A stretch of 64,000 nucleotides of DNA, taken from Spirochaetaceae bacterium. GTDB lineage: Bacteria; Spirochaetota; Spirochaetia; DSM-2461. Shown piece by piece: positions 48,336 to 58,753 of the stretch. The notes beneath the pieces were generated by a model. The model saw only the letters and a list, made by a program, of their open reading frames with translations. It was not told the origin of the DNA and did not search any database. The stretch covers positions 2,304,001-2,368,000 of the forward strand of contig OZ245056.1 of the NCBI GenBank assembly GCA_965224705.1, given 5' to 3'. Made by a program: the position numbers and the translations under genes. Position 1 is the stretch's first letter; each line of letters begins with the position of its first letter.

Positions 48336-50300
48336 TCAGGGCGAATACGATTCCAACTCCTCAAGCCATAATTGAACATCTGCATCTGATGGCATACGCC
48401 AATCACCCCGTGGGGAAAGGGCCAGAGTTCCCACTTTCGGTCCATCCGGCATACAGGATCGCTTGAACTGTTGGGAGAAGAAACGTCTGTAAAACGAACC
48501 AAGCCATTTCATGAGGGTTTGTGTATCGTAGGCATCGGCGAAGGCATTTCCAGCCATTCTTAAAATCTTTGCAGGACCGAAGCCATGGCGTATACAGTGA
48601 AAAAGAAAGAAATCATGAAGTTCGTATGGTCCAATGACCTCCTCTGTTTTCTGAACAATCCTGCCATTATCATCCGGAGGGAGGAGCTCCGGTGAAACTG
48701 GAGTATCAAGGATGTCCTGAAGGATAGATTTCACCTCAGGTGAAGTCCGGTTCTCAGAAGCCCAGTGTATCAGGTACTTTACCAGAGTTTTGGGAACACC
48801 GGCATTGACCGCATACATGGACATGTGGTCGCCGTTGTAGGTACACCAGCCCAGAGCCAGTTCGGAAAGATCGCCTGTACCAACGACAAGCCCGTTTAAC
48901 ATATTGGCCTGGTTCATCAGAATTGCCGTCCGGCAGCGGGCCTGGATGTTTTCATAAGCAGTATCAACCGGTTTTCCAGAATGACCCAATTCCCTCATCT
49001 GAGCCGTGCATGTTTCTCGAATATCAATGGTTTTTAGTGAGAGGCCCAAACCTGTGCAGAGTTTTTTAACGTTGTTCAGAGTACGGGGGCTTGTTCCGAA
49101 TCCTGGCATGGTGATGGCATGTATCCCTTCAAGGGGGTAGGACAGGTTCTGGAATGCCTGCAAGGTCACTAAAAGGGCCAGGGTGGAATCCAGACCGCCA
49201 GAGAGACCAATGACAGCATCTGTTATACCGGCATGTTCCATGCGGACTGCAAGACCTGTGGACTGGATGACTGAAATTTCATGGCATCGTGCTTCTCTTT
49301 CCTCAGGTTTGGCAGGGACGAATGGATGTGGATTGACCGGGCGAAATTCAGGGCCATGGTCAGTATTGTTCTTCTGAACCCGTCCGCTGAAATTTATGCT
49401 GCGATATGGCCGGTCCTTGAGTTCTTTCTGTAAGGCTGATCCAAAGGTTTGTGAAACCCGCCGTTCATGATCCAGTAATTCTGTATCGACGTCTGCCAGA
49501 ATCATGTCCGATTCGGTCTGAAATCGTCTGGATTCAGACAGGATGCACCCGTTCTCGGCAATCAGGGCATGACCACCGAAAACTGTATCGGTCGTGGATT
49601 CTCCTGTACCAGCCGAAACGTAAACGTAGCTGCAGAGGCATCGGGCCGATTGTTGAGAGACAAGGCTTCGGCGATAATCAGCCTTGCCAACCAGTTCATT
49701 GCTGGCCGACATATTGAAAATCAACTGGGCACCGGCCATGGCATGTCGGGATGATGGGGGAACAGGTACCCAGAGGTCTTCACATATTTCTACAGCGAAA
49801 CTTGCCTGTCTGTTGTTCTCATGCTGGAAGAGCAGGTTGGGGCCAAATGGTACTTTCTGGCCGGCAAAGCTTACCTCGTCAAATTGAGCTTCATCCCCTG
49901 AAGTGAACCAGCGATTCTCATAGTACTCCCGGGAGTTGGGGATGTAGGTTTTCGGGACCATGCCAAGAATGGAATTGCCGCCTCTGACCACAACGGCCAC
50001 GTTGTAAAGCCTTCCCTTCCGGGGAAATGGTAGACCAAATGCCATCAAAGCACTCCGGGCGGAAGTCTCATCAATGATGCGCGTGGCCTCATCCTCTGCC
50101 GATTTGAGAAGTTGTGACTGGAGAAATAAATCTCCACAGGAATAACCCGTTACCGCCAGTTCCGGGAAGAGAACGAAATCGGCCCCATTCTCACAGGCAT
50201 CTTGAAAACTATGTATTATGGCATCGGCATTGTCTCGTGCTGCAGCAGGTTTCACCTTTGGGATGACGGCGGCAACTCTGACGTAACCCATATTGATCAT
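48336..50300 (-). CDS. nadE: Glutamine-dependent NAD(+) synthetase
   Basis: FPEL..TGY, EICEDLW, SGGLDST, GTGDLSE, QQFKRSC. Confidence 0.97.
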   Translation of the reverse strand: MINMGYVRVAAVIPKVKPAAARDNADAIIHSFQDACENGADFVLFPELAVTGYSCGDLFLQSQLLKSAEDEATRIIDETSARSALMAFGLPFPRKGRLYNVAVVVRGGNSILGMVPKTYIPNSREYYENRWFTSGDEAQFDEVSFAGQKVPFGPNLLFQHENNRQASFAVEICEDLWVPVPPSSRHAMAGAQLIFNMSASNELVGKADYRRSLVSQQSARCLCSYVYVSAGTGESTTDTVFGGHALIAENGCILSESRRFQTESDMILADVDTELLDHERRVSQTFGSALQKELKDRPYRSINFSGRVQKNNTDHGPEFRPVNPHPFVPAKPEEREARCHEISVIQSTGLAVRMEHAGITDAVIGLSGGLDSTLALLVTLQAFQNLSYPLEGIHAITMPGFGTSPRTLNNVKKLCTGLGLSLKTIDIRETCTAQMRELGHSGKPVDTAYENIQARCRTAILMNQANMLNGLVVGTGDLSELALGWCTYNGDHMSMYAVNAGVPKTLVKYLIHWASENRTSPEVKSILQDILDTPVSPELLPPDDNGRIVQKTEEVIGPYELHDFFLFHCIRHGFGPAKILRMAGNAFADAYDTQTLMKWLGSFYRRFFSQQFKRSCMPDGPKVGTLALSPRGDWRMPSDADVQLWLEELESYSP

Positions 50301-50364
50301 GGATTCATCTTATTGTCAGATAGGGATCGAGTCCACTGTATATGCAGGATTTCCTCCGGGTCGC

Positions 50365-51168
50365 TTAAAGATCCTGATAGGCCATACACCAGTTGTTCAT
50401 CAGAATACCAAAGGCCACTCCCACATTGAGGGAAGCCTTTGGACCTGGAAGGGATATACTCACTATACCTCCCCCGGCAACAGCTCTGTCCATCAGAGGG
50501 GGCGATACTCCCAGTTCTTCTGAACCAAGTACAACAGTTCCCGTCTCAGGAAATCTAAATTCCGAAATGTCTATGCCGCCGGTTTCAAGAGCATAGACCA
50601 CTCCGCAGTCTTCAGAGGTCAATTCATTCATTGCCTTTACGGCCCATGGGACTCCTTCTCCATACATCATCGCACTTCGGCGGGCTCGCTGATGATCCAG
50701 AGAAACGCAGTCGGGTGAAATCCATATCTTCTCTATACCAAAGGCCTGGGCGGTTCGTGCAATGGAACCTACATTGAATGGGCTCCGCAGACCATCAAGG
50801 TACACCCGTCCGCGAATACTGGATCTGATCTTTCCGGTCCCGGGAAATCCATCGCGTGGATATTGCGCATCCCAGTCGGCCCAGTCTTTTTCCAGAGCAT
50901 TCAGCATACTGTGCCTGAGAGTATTGAGTTCCCGGTAAATGGAAACTAAGGGAGAAAGATTTAAGGATTCCTGAATGTGGGAGGCTTGTTCTTTTATTTC
51001 TTCAATCCATGCATCATCTTCCTGAATAAGTCGAAGAAGATCTTTCAAAAAGGATGAATCGATTAATTCTCCATACGCAATGCTGGCTTCGAAATTCCGA
51101 ATGATCAGCACTGTCTTTCGCTGACGTGTCCCTTCTGGCAATGATGCCAGTTTCCTGAGGTTTATCAT
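50365..51168 (-). CDS. TrmH/SpoU-family RNA methyltransferase
   Basis: RSPFNVGSIART, VLGSEELGV, SLNVGVAFGI. Confidence 0.9.
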   Translation of the reverse strand: MINLRKLASLPEGTRQRKTVLIIRNFEASIAYGELIDSSFLKDLLRLIQEDDAWIEEIKEQASHIQESLNLSPLVSIYRELNTLRHSMLNALEKDWADWDAQYPRDGFPGTGKIRSSIRGRVYLDGLRSPFNVGSIARTAQAFGIEKIWISPDCVSLDHQRARRSAMMYGEGVPWAVKAMNELTSEDCGVVYALETGGIDISEFRFPETGTVVLGSEELGVSPPLMDRAVAGGGIVSISLPGPKASLNVGVAFGILMNNWCMAYQDL

Positions 51169-51365
51169 CAGGTTATTCCAGAGAATTCATTTTTATTAGT
51201 TTTTATTCGATCAATAATCATCAGATTCATACTGTATGAGGTTTCTAATTCAGGATCAAAACGTGGGAAATTTTCTAAATAGCGTGCAGTTTAACGTGTG
51301 AATACTGCTGATTGACAAATAATTCAAGTATGGGCAGAAGTCGATTAATAAGGCAGGTTTTGCTG

Positions 51366-51650
51366 TCAGACTCCAAATGCATCCATGATCTCATCAGCCA
51401 CGGCCTTAATAACAGCATCGTCCATATAGTTGGGGTCCTGCAGCTTATTCTTAACTTCTTCCACTCTATCCATGCGAACATCGGGAGTTGCCCGGACAAT
51501 GTCGCCGGTTTGCTGCAAGGCGGCAGAACGTCTTGCTTCTTCGGATACAGCAACTGAATCAGGAGAAATCTGCCTTGTTACCTTGTCTGGGTTATTTTTT
51601 TTGTTAATTCTGGCAACGGGATCAATCGGTCCCAGCCTGTCAATGGTCAT
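51366..51650 (-). CDS. flgM: Anti-sigma-28 factor FlgM
   Basis: DSVAVSEEA, PDVRMDRVEEVKNKL..PNY; AGGAG RBS. Confidence 0.85.
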   Translation of the reverse strand: MTIDRLGPIDPVARINKKNNPDKVTRQISPDSVAVSEEARRSAALQQTGDIVRATPDVRMDRVEEVKNKLQDPNYMDDAVIKAVADEIMDAFGV

Positions 51651-51678
51651 GTTTGCTCCTAACTCCGATTCATTTAAA

Positions 51679-51705
51679 GTATCGGCAATGGGCCTGTAAT
51701 GATAA
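51679..51705 (-). promoter_or_regulatory. Probable sigma-28 promoter of flgM
   Basis: -10 GCCGATAC is close to consensus; the -35 element is weak. Confidence 0.5.
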
Positions 51706-51746
51706 CCGACTCTATAAGAAAAAGTAACATTTTTCCCTTAAAAACA

Positions 51747-52424
51747 CTACTTCTCTTCGCCTGCAATGAGGACAATCTCACCCTTTATTGTATTCCTTCT
51801 GGAGAGTTTGGACAAGAGTTCCAGGGGTGTTCCTGACAGAAATTCTTCAAATTTTTTTGTTATTTCCCGGCCAATAAGGATTCTGCACGTTGGTGCAAGC
51901 TCCTCAAAGTCTTTAAGTAGACTGATAATACGGAATGGAGATTCATAGAGTATGAATACCATCGAAATCTGCAGAAGTTCTTTGAGGCGTTTTCGCCGTC
52001 TGCCGCTCTTCGGGGACAGGAATCCTTCGAAAACAAATCCCCTTGCGGCTATTCCGGCAACGCTCATCACGGCTGTTATCGCCGATGCACCAGGCAGTGG
52101 AACTATGTTATGTTCGGATTCCCTCACTATACGAACCAGCCGACTTCCGGGATCGCTTATGCACGGAGTTCCTGCATCGGAAACATAAGCCACATCATTT
52201 CCCTGGTTTAAGAGTTTCACTATGCCCCGGGCACTGTTCTCCTCATTGTGGGAACGGCAGCTCAGGAGCATGGATGGGGAAATCTCATAGTGCTCCAGGA
52301 GTTTCCGTGTTTGACGGGTATCTTCAGCCGCAATCACCTCCACACTCCCCAGTATCCGGACGGCTCTGTAGGTAATATCTTCCAGATTTCCGATTGGTGT
52401 TGCGGTTATATATAAAGTGGCCAT
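51747..52424 (-). CDS. rsmI: 16S rRNA C1402 2'-O-methyltransferase
   Basis: ATPIGNLEDIT, EDTR, SDAGTPCISDPG, REITKKFEE. Confidence 0.97.
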   Translation of the reverse strand: MATLYITATPIGNLEDITYRAVRILGSVEVIAAEDTRQTRKLLEHYEISPSMLLSCRSHNEENSARGIVKLLNQGNDVAYVSDAGTPCISDPGSRLVRIVRESEHNIVPLPGASAITAVMSVAGIAARGFVFEGFLSPKSGRRRKRLKELLQISMVFILYESPFRIISLLKDFEELAPTCRILIGREITKKFEEFLSGTPLELLSKLSRRNTIKGEIVLIAGEEK

Positions 52425-52438
52425 TGAATCAGTTTCAC

Positions 52439-54025
52439 CTATATATCCCAGATATCGCTGTACTCATGACGTTTTTCACAGTACTTGCAGGTAAATGTAT
52501 TGTCATGGCTGCGGTAGAAGTACGGTGGAATGTGCTGATAAGCTTCAGGCCAGGTGATGCAATCAGGATTTTTGCACGATATCTCAGAGAATTTGTAGAT
52601 TCTTGGCGGCATGGCAAGGCGGTACTTGGCCTTTACCGAATGATTTTCTATGAGATTGACCGTGCAATTCGGCGAAACGGCTGCCAGTTTCTTTAATTCA
52701 TATGGCTTCATTTCCATAACATCGGGGAGGGACATGATGCCTTTGAAGGAGTCAGAAGATCCCGTTGTATGAAAAACACCGTGAGATCCTCTGAGGTCAA
52801 GATTGAGTATACGGCGGATATTGTCTATTCGATCCCATATCTCCCGGGGAGGGCTGTCTCGGGAAATATGGTCGATCACGGTACCATTCTCCACAGGTTT
52901 AATTCCTACTTTGAACCGATCTTTGACATGAGTTTTCCGGGTTACCTTTATTCTTGTGATAAAGGGAGAGTTATTGTCTCTGGAAGCTATTGTCTGCCCG
53001 TTGAAATCGCTGCCCACCTGACCCGCAAGCATCGCTAATTCAATCACCCGGGTGAAGTAGCCATTGACACTCTGACTATCCCACCCATTTAACGGTGTTC
53101 GATCGAGGAATGAGGGGATGACAGGTGTTTTTCTGTGTCTGGGCAGGGGATGATAGAACCGGGTGGATGCAGGCAGCTTCGCCAGCCATTTCCTGTTAAA
53201 TGTGACAGACTGCCTCAATGCGGCTTCTTTATCCTTTATCTCGTCACCCATACGTTCAAGCTGCAGCCGGGTGAAATACCAACTGCTGCTCACTTCCCCG
53301 GATTTCAGATACTCAGCAATACTCGGCCATTCCCTGATTTCAAAGCCGTTATCCTTCATTCTTCTTTTGTAGTTTCCGGGAAGGGAAAGTTCCTCAGGGG
53401 CCACCAGATCAACGGTTACCGAGTTGAATATCCTGAGTCCATCAGTTTTGGAATGGATTGTACGTCCATGTCTGAGATCTCCAATCAGTGCAAGATGTAT
53501 GGAGGAGAAGTCCCAGTTTTGATGTTCAAGGAATGTGAATTCATCGAGAAACTCCTGTGTCGGGTGTTCATGCCGCCCATCACCGGCATTGATAAAAATG
53601 GGAACTTCCCGTCTGGATTTTTCGGCATAATCTCTCAACTCTTCTTCAAGAGCCCGGCACACACCCTCCATTCGGGTTCTCATGATGAAGATGGAGCTTC
53701 GACTGTATCCAAAAAGCATCTTCACAGTGTCGACAAGGCTCTCAGATTTAATAAACGATGATGAAGAGGCATCGAAAATGTTCAGTTTGACATCGTGAAA
53801 ATTGACTGCATTTCGAAATGATTCTTTAGTGCGTGTGGAATTCTCCAGAAACATGAGATATATACTGAGTTCCGGGTTGGTTATGCGATAGGCATCGAGA
53901 TTTTTTCCAGCCATCCAGTCGGTTTTGAACTCACGGGTTTTTTGATAAAGATATCGCTGCTCATCGACACTGAGGTCTGATACAACGGTAAGGGCACGTC
54001 CCTTAAAAGGATGATTATCAGGCAT
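52439..54025 (-). CDS. pyrB: Fused aspartate carbamoyltransferase catalytic and regulatory subunits (PyrBI)
   Basis: STRT, HPTQ, HPLP, then PyrI GTVIDHI and CKNPDC...CKYCE. Confidence 0.95.
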   Translation of the reverse strand: MPDNHPFKGRALTVVSDLSVDEQRYLYQKTREFKTDWMAGKNLDAYRITNPELSIYLMFLENSTRTKESFRNAVNFHDVKLNIFDASSSSFIKSESLVDTVKMLFGYSRSSIFIMRTRMEGVCRALEEELRDYAEKSRREVPIFINAGDGRHEHPTQEFLDEFTFLEHQNWDFSSIHLALIGDLRHGRTIHSKTDGLRIFNSVTVDLVAPEELSLPGNYKRRMKDNGFEIREWPSIAEYLKSGEVSSSWYFTRLQLERMGDEIKDKEAALRQSVTFNRKWLAKLPASTRFYHPLPRHRKTPVIPSFLDRTPLNGWDSQSVNGYFTRVIELAMLAGQVGSDFNGQTIASRDNNSPFITRIKVTRKTHVKDRFKVGIKPVENGTVIDHISRDSPPREIWDRIDNIRRILNLDLRGSHGVFHTTGSSDSFKGIMSLPDVMEMKPYELKKLAAVSPNCTVNLIENHSVKAKYRLAMPPRIYKFSEISCKNPDCITWPEAYQHIPPYFYRSHDNTFTCKYCEKRHEYSDIWDI

Positions 54026-54032
54026 TTATGAC

Positions 54033-55565
54033 TTACTCCAATCCATCGACCGTCTCCAGGGTGGAACTTGATAACTGCAGGATGCCTCCATCAGAATCCT
54101 GAACATAGAGATCTGTCCTGTCAATGAATATGGAAGACCACGGTTCAACCGCAACAGGACTTATGGCTATTCTTTCCAGCTCCAGATTAAATTTCCCCAA
54201 TCGCCACTCATTGTTTTCTGATGTTATCAGATAGATGCTTCTATCATGAACTGTAATCAAACTACCAGGAAACACTTCATGGCTGCCTTCCTTCTTCGTT
54301 TCCAATGAGTTCTTATCCAATAACATGAGTTTTACCTGAGTCGTATCACTCGATTTACCTGCAATTACTATCAGAGTATCGGGTAAGAGTACAATTGAGC
54401 GTCCTCGAACAGAGGTCACATCACTGACAGCCATGTTTTCGCCAGCTTCTATATTGTGCTTCACAACTCTTCCGTAGGGGATTCCATTCCCTTCGTTGTC
54501 TACGGTAAGAAACCAGATTGATCGAGTTGATTCAATTTCAGGAGGTCTTTTTTCTGTTGTATCCAGCTTTGCCAGCTGTTTATTCTTATCTTCAGCAATA
54601 TCAGCACGCATATCCATGACATCATCCGTACGTTCATCAATCTTTTCCTGTTCTTCATCAACAGTTCTCTTCTCTTCCCTGAGTGCTTCCTTTTCTGCCT
54701 CCAGTTCTTTCTTTTTCTCTGACTCGGCTGGTGTCATTGCGCCTTCGTCTTCCTTTTCCTGGAGTTTTTTCAGATTTTCGCTAATCTGTTCATCCTTTTT
54801 TTCAAGTTCTTCGCGTTTTTTATCGAGTTCTTCCTGTTCCTTATCGAGTTCTTTTTCTCTCAACTCGACCATTTCCTCCCGGGGCTTCAGTCCCATATCC
54901 TCTTTTTCACGCAGATTTTCAATAACTTCATCCTCCGAAAGTGCTCCGGTATCAATCTTTGGATTCTGTATCCCCCCGCCGCGTAGAGGGATGAGCATCT
55001 GGGTTTGGCCAGGCCAGTTCGAGTAATGAGTATCCAGACCAATTCTGGCCGTACTCAATACCCTGCCTACCGGTGCTTTGTACCGTTCCTGGACGACTGA
55101 CAGGTTACCTCTGTGAACTGCGTTGTAGTAGGTTATAAATTCAGCGAGCAGCCAGGCATCCCTGCCAGGATATCCATATGTTTCTTCAAGAAATCCTGCA
55201 ATAATGTGACGGAGATTGACAACGTGATCCACAGCAGCATTTTCTTCAAGTATGAATACATCGGCATCCAGTCCTTCCGTGATTTCTGGACTTACAATAT
55301 GCCTGACACGATACTTCCCATTGATTGCAGCCTCACGGCTCAAAGCCGGTTCAATTTGTGAGCCAAGGCTGCGTCCAATATTCCGAATCTGCTCAAGGGT
55401 ATTCAAAAACTCATGCGGACCGACATAGTTGATAAAATCAATGTCTTGATTGCCTGTGCTGGCCAGTTCCTCTCTATCAATTTGAACGTCCTGCCCCAAT
55501 AAAGGAACGGCGGATAGTATCATCACAACAGGAAGGATGTACGGGTTCAGTTTTCTATGAAACAT
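54033..55565 (-). CDS. P83/100-family spirochaete protein
   Basis: IDFINYVGP, DADVF, VDHVVNLRHII, YNAVHRG, WPGQTQMLIPL, central coiled coil. Confidence 0.85.
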   Translation of the reverse strand: MFHRKLNPYILPVVMILSAVPLLGQDVQIDREELASTGNQDIDFINYVGPHEFLNTLEQIRNIGRSLGSQIEPALSREAAINGKYRVRHIVSPEITEGLDADVFILEENAAVDHVVNLRHIIAGFLEETYGYPGRDAWLLAEFITYYNAVHRGNLSVVQERYKAPVGRVLSTARIGLDTHYSNWPGQTQMLIPLRGGGIQNPKIDTGALSEDEVIENLREKEDMGLKPREEMVELREKELDKEQEELDKKREELEKKDEQISENLKKLQEKEDEGAMTPAESEKKKELEAEKEALREEKRTVDEEQEKIDERTDDVMDMRADIAEDKNKQLAKLDTTEKRPPEIESTRSIWFLTVDNEGNGIPYGRVVKHNIEAGENMAVSDVTSVRGRSIVLLPDTLIVIAGKSSDTTQVKLMLLDKNSLETKKEGSHEVFPGSLITVHDRSIYLITSENNEWRLGKFNLELERIAISPVAVEPWSSIFIDRTDLYVQDSDGGILQLSSSTLETVDGLE

Positions 55566-55634
55566 GGTTGATCTCCTCTCAGGTATTATAGCTATAACGG
55601 CCAGGCATGTCTTAAAAATCAGATTATAGTATTC

Positions 55635-57347
55635 TCATCTTTTTTGCAGTCCGGTGGTTTCCCTTATAATATTGATGACTTTGTCTCGAGTTGCCTTATT
55701 GCCTGTATTGTTAATGAGATCCTCAATAAGAGAATAACCAGCAGAGTCTACTATTTTTCCATTGTAGCGGATTAATTCTACAAGGGCGAGGACTGTTTTT
55801 ATCGTTAACTGATTATCGCCTGGCGGAATAGATTTATACTTCTCAGCAATCAATCGCAGTGATGATCCATCCCAGTCCGTTCCTAATCGTCCTAATTCCT
55901 GAATTCCAATTCCTAATGCATGCGGATCAGATTCCTGCCGCAGGCATTGTTGAAGGAAAAATTTCGTACGAAAGTCGTGGCTTTTTCCCAGTAACTGATA
56001 GGCTCTTTCCCGTACCAGACCATAGGAGGTCGTTGATGATTCAGGCCTTACTTCGTGGTCAATCGTACCGGAAGCAGCAAGATCTCTTATCAGCAGATCA
56101 ACCCAGGGAAGTTTTTGATGCATTTCATATTCGCTTTCAAACGCTTCCAATTCCTCCAGCAAAGCAAGGCATTCCGTTACATCTTTTGAAAGCGCCATGC
56201 GTTCTCTTATGGCGAAAGCGGGTATCATTCGTGCTTCTTCCCTGTCGTACACAACAGGTTCTGAGGGAAAGGTGCCCGATCGTCGTGAATTGCCTCGAAA
56301 CTGACTCCACCCACCGCCGGGAACGGAACCTGTGTCCCAGGCATGAACAATCCAGTCGCTTCCTCCGGCGACAAGAATGCCTTCTTCCGTTATTAATGGT
56401 TCTGCAAGAATTGACTTCCCCCGCAGAATGAATTCTCCGCCATCAGCTTCCAATACATGAATACTGCCATCTGGAGTCGGCAGGAAAAAGCTGCCGGATT
56501 CCGATTTCGAGGGAGCTCCTCCGCTTACTTCCAATTGTTCCTGAGATAGAACAGTGCCATCCGTATCAAGTTTGAGAAGAGTTCCATCTCTGTAATACAC
56601 ATGTCCCTGGTTGTTTGTATCGGTGAATATTGCTGATACTCGTTCCCCCCTGGAAGGAAGTTTGAACTGAAGAAGTCTGTCAGCCGTGTATACAGTGAGA
56701 CTTCCCGAGGTACCGCCTGCCCAGAGGCGGCCCGATGAGTCCAGTGCAAGCAGGGATACAGATCCGTCATCTGTCAGTTCTCTGAAGATCTCTCCCCAGA
56801 TATTCACGCCAAGGATGCGTCCATCCAGGAGGGGGAGCCAGAAATTTCCTGATAGATCGACCACTGGTGCAGCCGATGATTCAACTGTAACATCTATTGT
56901 CCAGAGAATAACACCGAATCGGGAAACACAGATAATTCGACCATTGGAGAGAGGCAGTATCAATCTTCCATCAGGAGCAGCCGTCGGCAATGCTGCCATG
57001 TCTGACTTCATCAGAAGCTTCCATCGACCGGTACCTCCTGGAGTAACGGCGATAAGTTCCTGTCTGTCATTCTGAATATAGATTGTACCATCTGGTGCAG
57101 CCAGTAATGAATTGAGCAGCCTGCCCCCAGGCCTGTATATCCACTGGAGATCCCCTGTAAGAGGATGCAGGCTGTACAAAGCCCGGTCATCAGCAATTAT
57201 ATAAATACTGCCGTCAAGCCCCTGGGCAGGGTAAGCTGAGATTTTCCCACTCAGTGCTTTTTGCCACAGTGGTTCTGTATCAAACCCTGAAACAGGAGAG
57301 GTAAATACCAGGCAGTACACAGCCATCCCCAGCATCCATCGTGTCAC
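55635..57347 (-). CDS. Exported PQQ-like beta-propeller protein with a helical C-terminal domain
   Basis: Signal peptide; repeated DG(S/T)IY..L...G...W blades; WSQFRGN. Confidence 0.7.
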   Translation of the reverse strand: MTRWMLGMAVYCLVFTSPVSGFDTEPLWQKALSGKISAYPAQGLDGSIYIIADDRALYSLHPLTGDLQWIYRPGGRLLNSLLAAPDGTIYIQNDRQELIAVTPGGTGRWKLLMKSDMAALPTAAPDGRLILPLSNGRIICVSRFGVILWTIDVTVESSAAPVVDLSGNFWLPLLDGRILGVNIWGEIFRELTDDGSVSLLALDSSGRLWAGGTSGSLTVYTADRLLQFKLPSRGERVSAIFTDTNNQGHVYYRDGTLLKLDTDGTVLSQEQLEVSGGAPSKSESGSFFLPTPDGSIHVLEADGGEFILRGKSILAEPLITEEGILVAGGSDWIVHAWDTGSVPGGGWSQFRGNSRRSGTFPSEPVVYDREEARMIPAFAIRERMALSKDVTECLALLEELEAFESEYEMHQKLPWVDLLIRDLAASGTIDHEVRPESSTTSYGLVRERAYQLLGKSHDFRTKFFLQQCLRQESDPHALGIGIQELGRLGTDWDGSSLRLIAEKYKSIPPGDNQLTIKTVLALVELIRYNGKIVDSAGYSLIEDLINNTGNKATRDKVINIIRETTGLQKR

Positions 57348-58510
57348 CGACCGGACTCCAGTATTATAACCGTTTCCATATGAGGAGTCTGGGGATAAAG
57401 ATCAAAAAGACCGATGCGGGAGATGGAATAACCTGAATCCTTGAATTCTCTGATGTCCCGTGCAAGTGAAACAGGATTACATGAAACATAGGCAATGAGA
57501 GGGCAGCCAATTCCCAATAATCCATGGCGAACCCTGGCCGGTAATCCCCTCCGTGGAGGGTTCACCAGGATGAAATCGGGAGCGGAGATCCCGGGATTGC
57601 TTATCCAGTGCTCTACACGCATTGTGTGAAAAACTCCATTGCCTCCAGTATTCTTCATCCAGAACTCTTCGATCCCTGTGTCGGAGTCAACACCCACAAC
57701 CTGCTCGAATTCATCCGCAAGGAAGGCACCGAATAATCCTGCACCTCCGTAAAGATCCCATGCCAGACGGTTTTGCCTGCCATGACTGAAGGCGGCTGTC
57801 CCACCTGCTGCTTCAAGAATAAAGCGCACCAGTTCGTCCAGGGGAATGAGGTTGGATTGAAAAAAGGAAGAGGGCGGAAATCGAAATTTCTTCCCTGCAG
57901 CCTGAGCACAGGCTTCCGGATGTATGCCTTCTACCCAGAAGTTGTTTTCATCTCCAAAAACAATGAGTTCCTCTGGAGTATCTTCGTCAATGGTTGATAA
58001 TCCTTCTCTTAGAAATCTATTCACTCCGTCCGTTGCAACGGGACAGAAATCTACTGCAATCGGAGAATGACTTCGAGTTTCACGAAAGGCTGTCTTTCCG
58101 CTGGGCAAAATAATGGGTTTTATTCGAGAACGGCAGGCTCTGGGTTGGGAGGAGGTCAACGAAATCGAATCAGCAGGTTCAAGACTTATTCCGGCCTGCC
58201 TTTTCAGTGTCTCCCGAAGAATAAGCTCTTTGGATTTGAGCTGGGTCTGATAATCCATGTGCTGCCAGGAACAGCCTCCGCAGAAGGTATAGTATTGACA
58301 GAAAGGTTCACATCGATCGGGTGAGGATTCCAGTATTGTTGTATGGGAGCAGCGTGCCCAGTCTTTTTTTGTTTCAACAACGACCGCAGAAACAGTTTCG
58401 CCCATACATACTCCGGGTACAAAAACGGAACGTCCATCGACACGGATCAGTCCGTTGCCCCCTGAAATAATTTTTTCCACGATTCCCTGTACTCTCTGAC
58501 CGATGTGCAT
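57344..58510 (-). CDS. TRAM-domain RNA uracil-C5-methyltransferase, RlmD/TrmA family
   Basis: CQYYTFCGGC Fe-S motif, FFQSN, NPPRRG, YVSCNP, PQTPHME. Confidence 0.92.
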   Translation of the reverse strand: MHIGQRVQGIVEKIISGGNGLIRVDGRSVFVPGVCMGETVSAVVVETKKDWARCSHTTILESSPDRCEPFCQYYTFCGGCSWQHMDYQTQLKSKELILRETLKRQAGISLEPADSISLTSSQPRACRSRIKPIILPSGKTAFRETRSHSPIAVDFCPVATDGVNRFLREGLSTIDEDTPEELIVFGDENNFWVEGIHPEACAQAAGKKFRFPPSSFFQSNLIPLDELVRFILEAAGGTAAFSHGRQNRLAWDLYGGAGLFGAFLADEFEQVVGVDSDTGIEEFWMKNTGGNGVFHTMRVEHWISNPGISAPDFILVNPPRRGLPARVRHGLLGIGCPLIAYVSCNPVSLARDIREFKDSGYSISRIGLFDLYPQTPHMETVIILESGR

Positions 58511-58570
58511 TCATTACAGTGTATGGATTATTGCTGTTTATTCAATGATGACCATCGGGATGCCTTACTT

Positions 58571-58711
58571 AGTGTCAGAAAGCTTGTTAACACAATGGAA
58601 ATCCGTATCCGGAAGCGAAATCTGGTCGTTGTGTCCCGCTGTATGTGAAGGTTCAGGAGGAAATTGGAATTCTGGGATGAGTTGAAGAGGGTTTTACAGG
58701 CTTTCTGACAC
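58571..58711. mobile_element. MITE/REP-doublet-like element, copy 4
   Basis: AGTGTCAGAAAGCTTGTTAA / TTTTACAGGCTTTCTGACAC. Confidence 0.75.
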
Positions 58712-58753
58712 CTGGAAAGATGTCGATTTGAATTGCATCCGGCAGCTAAGGTC

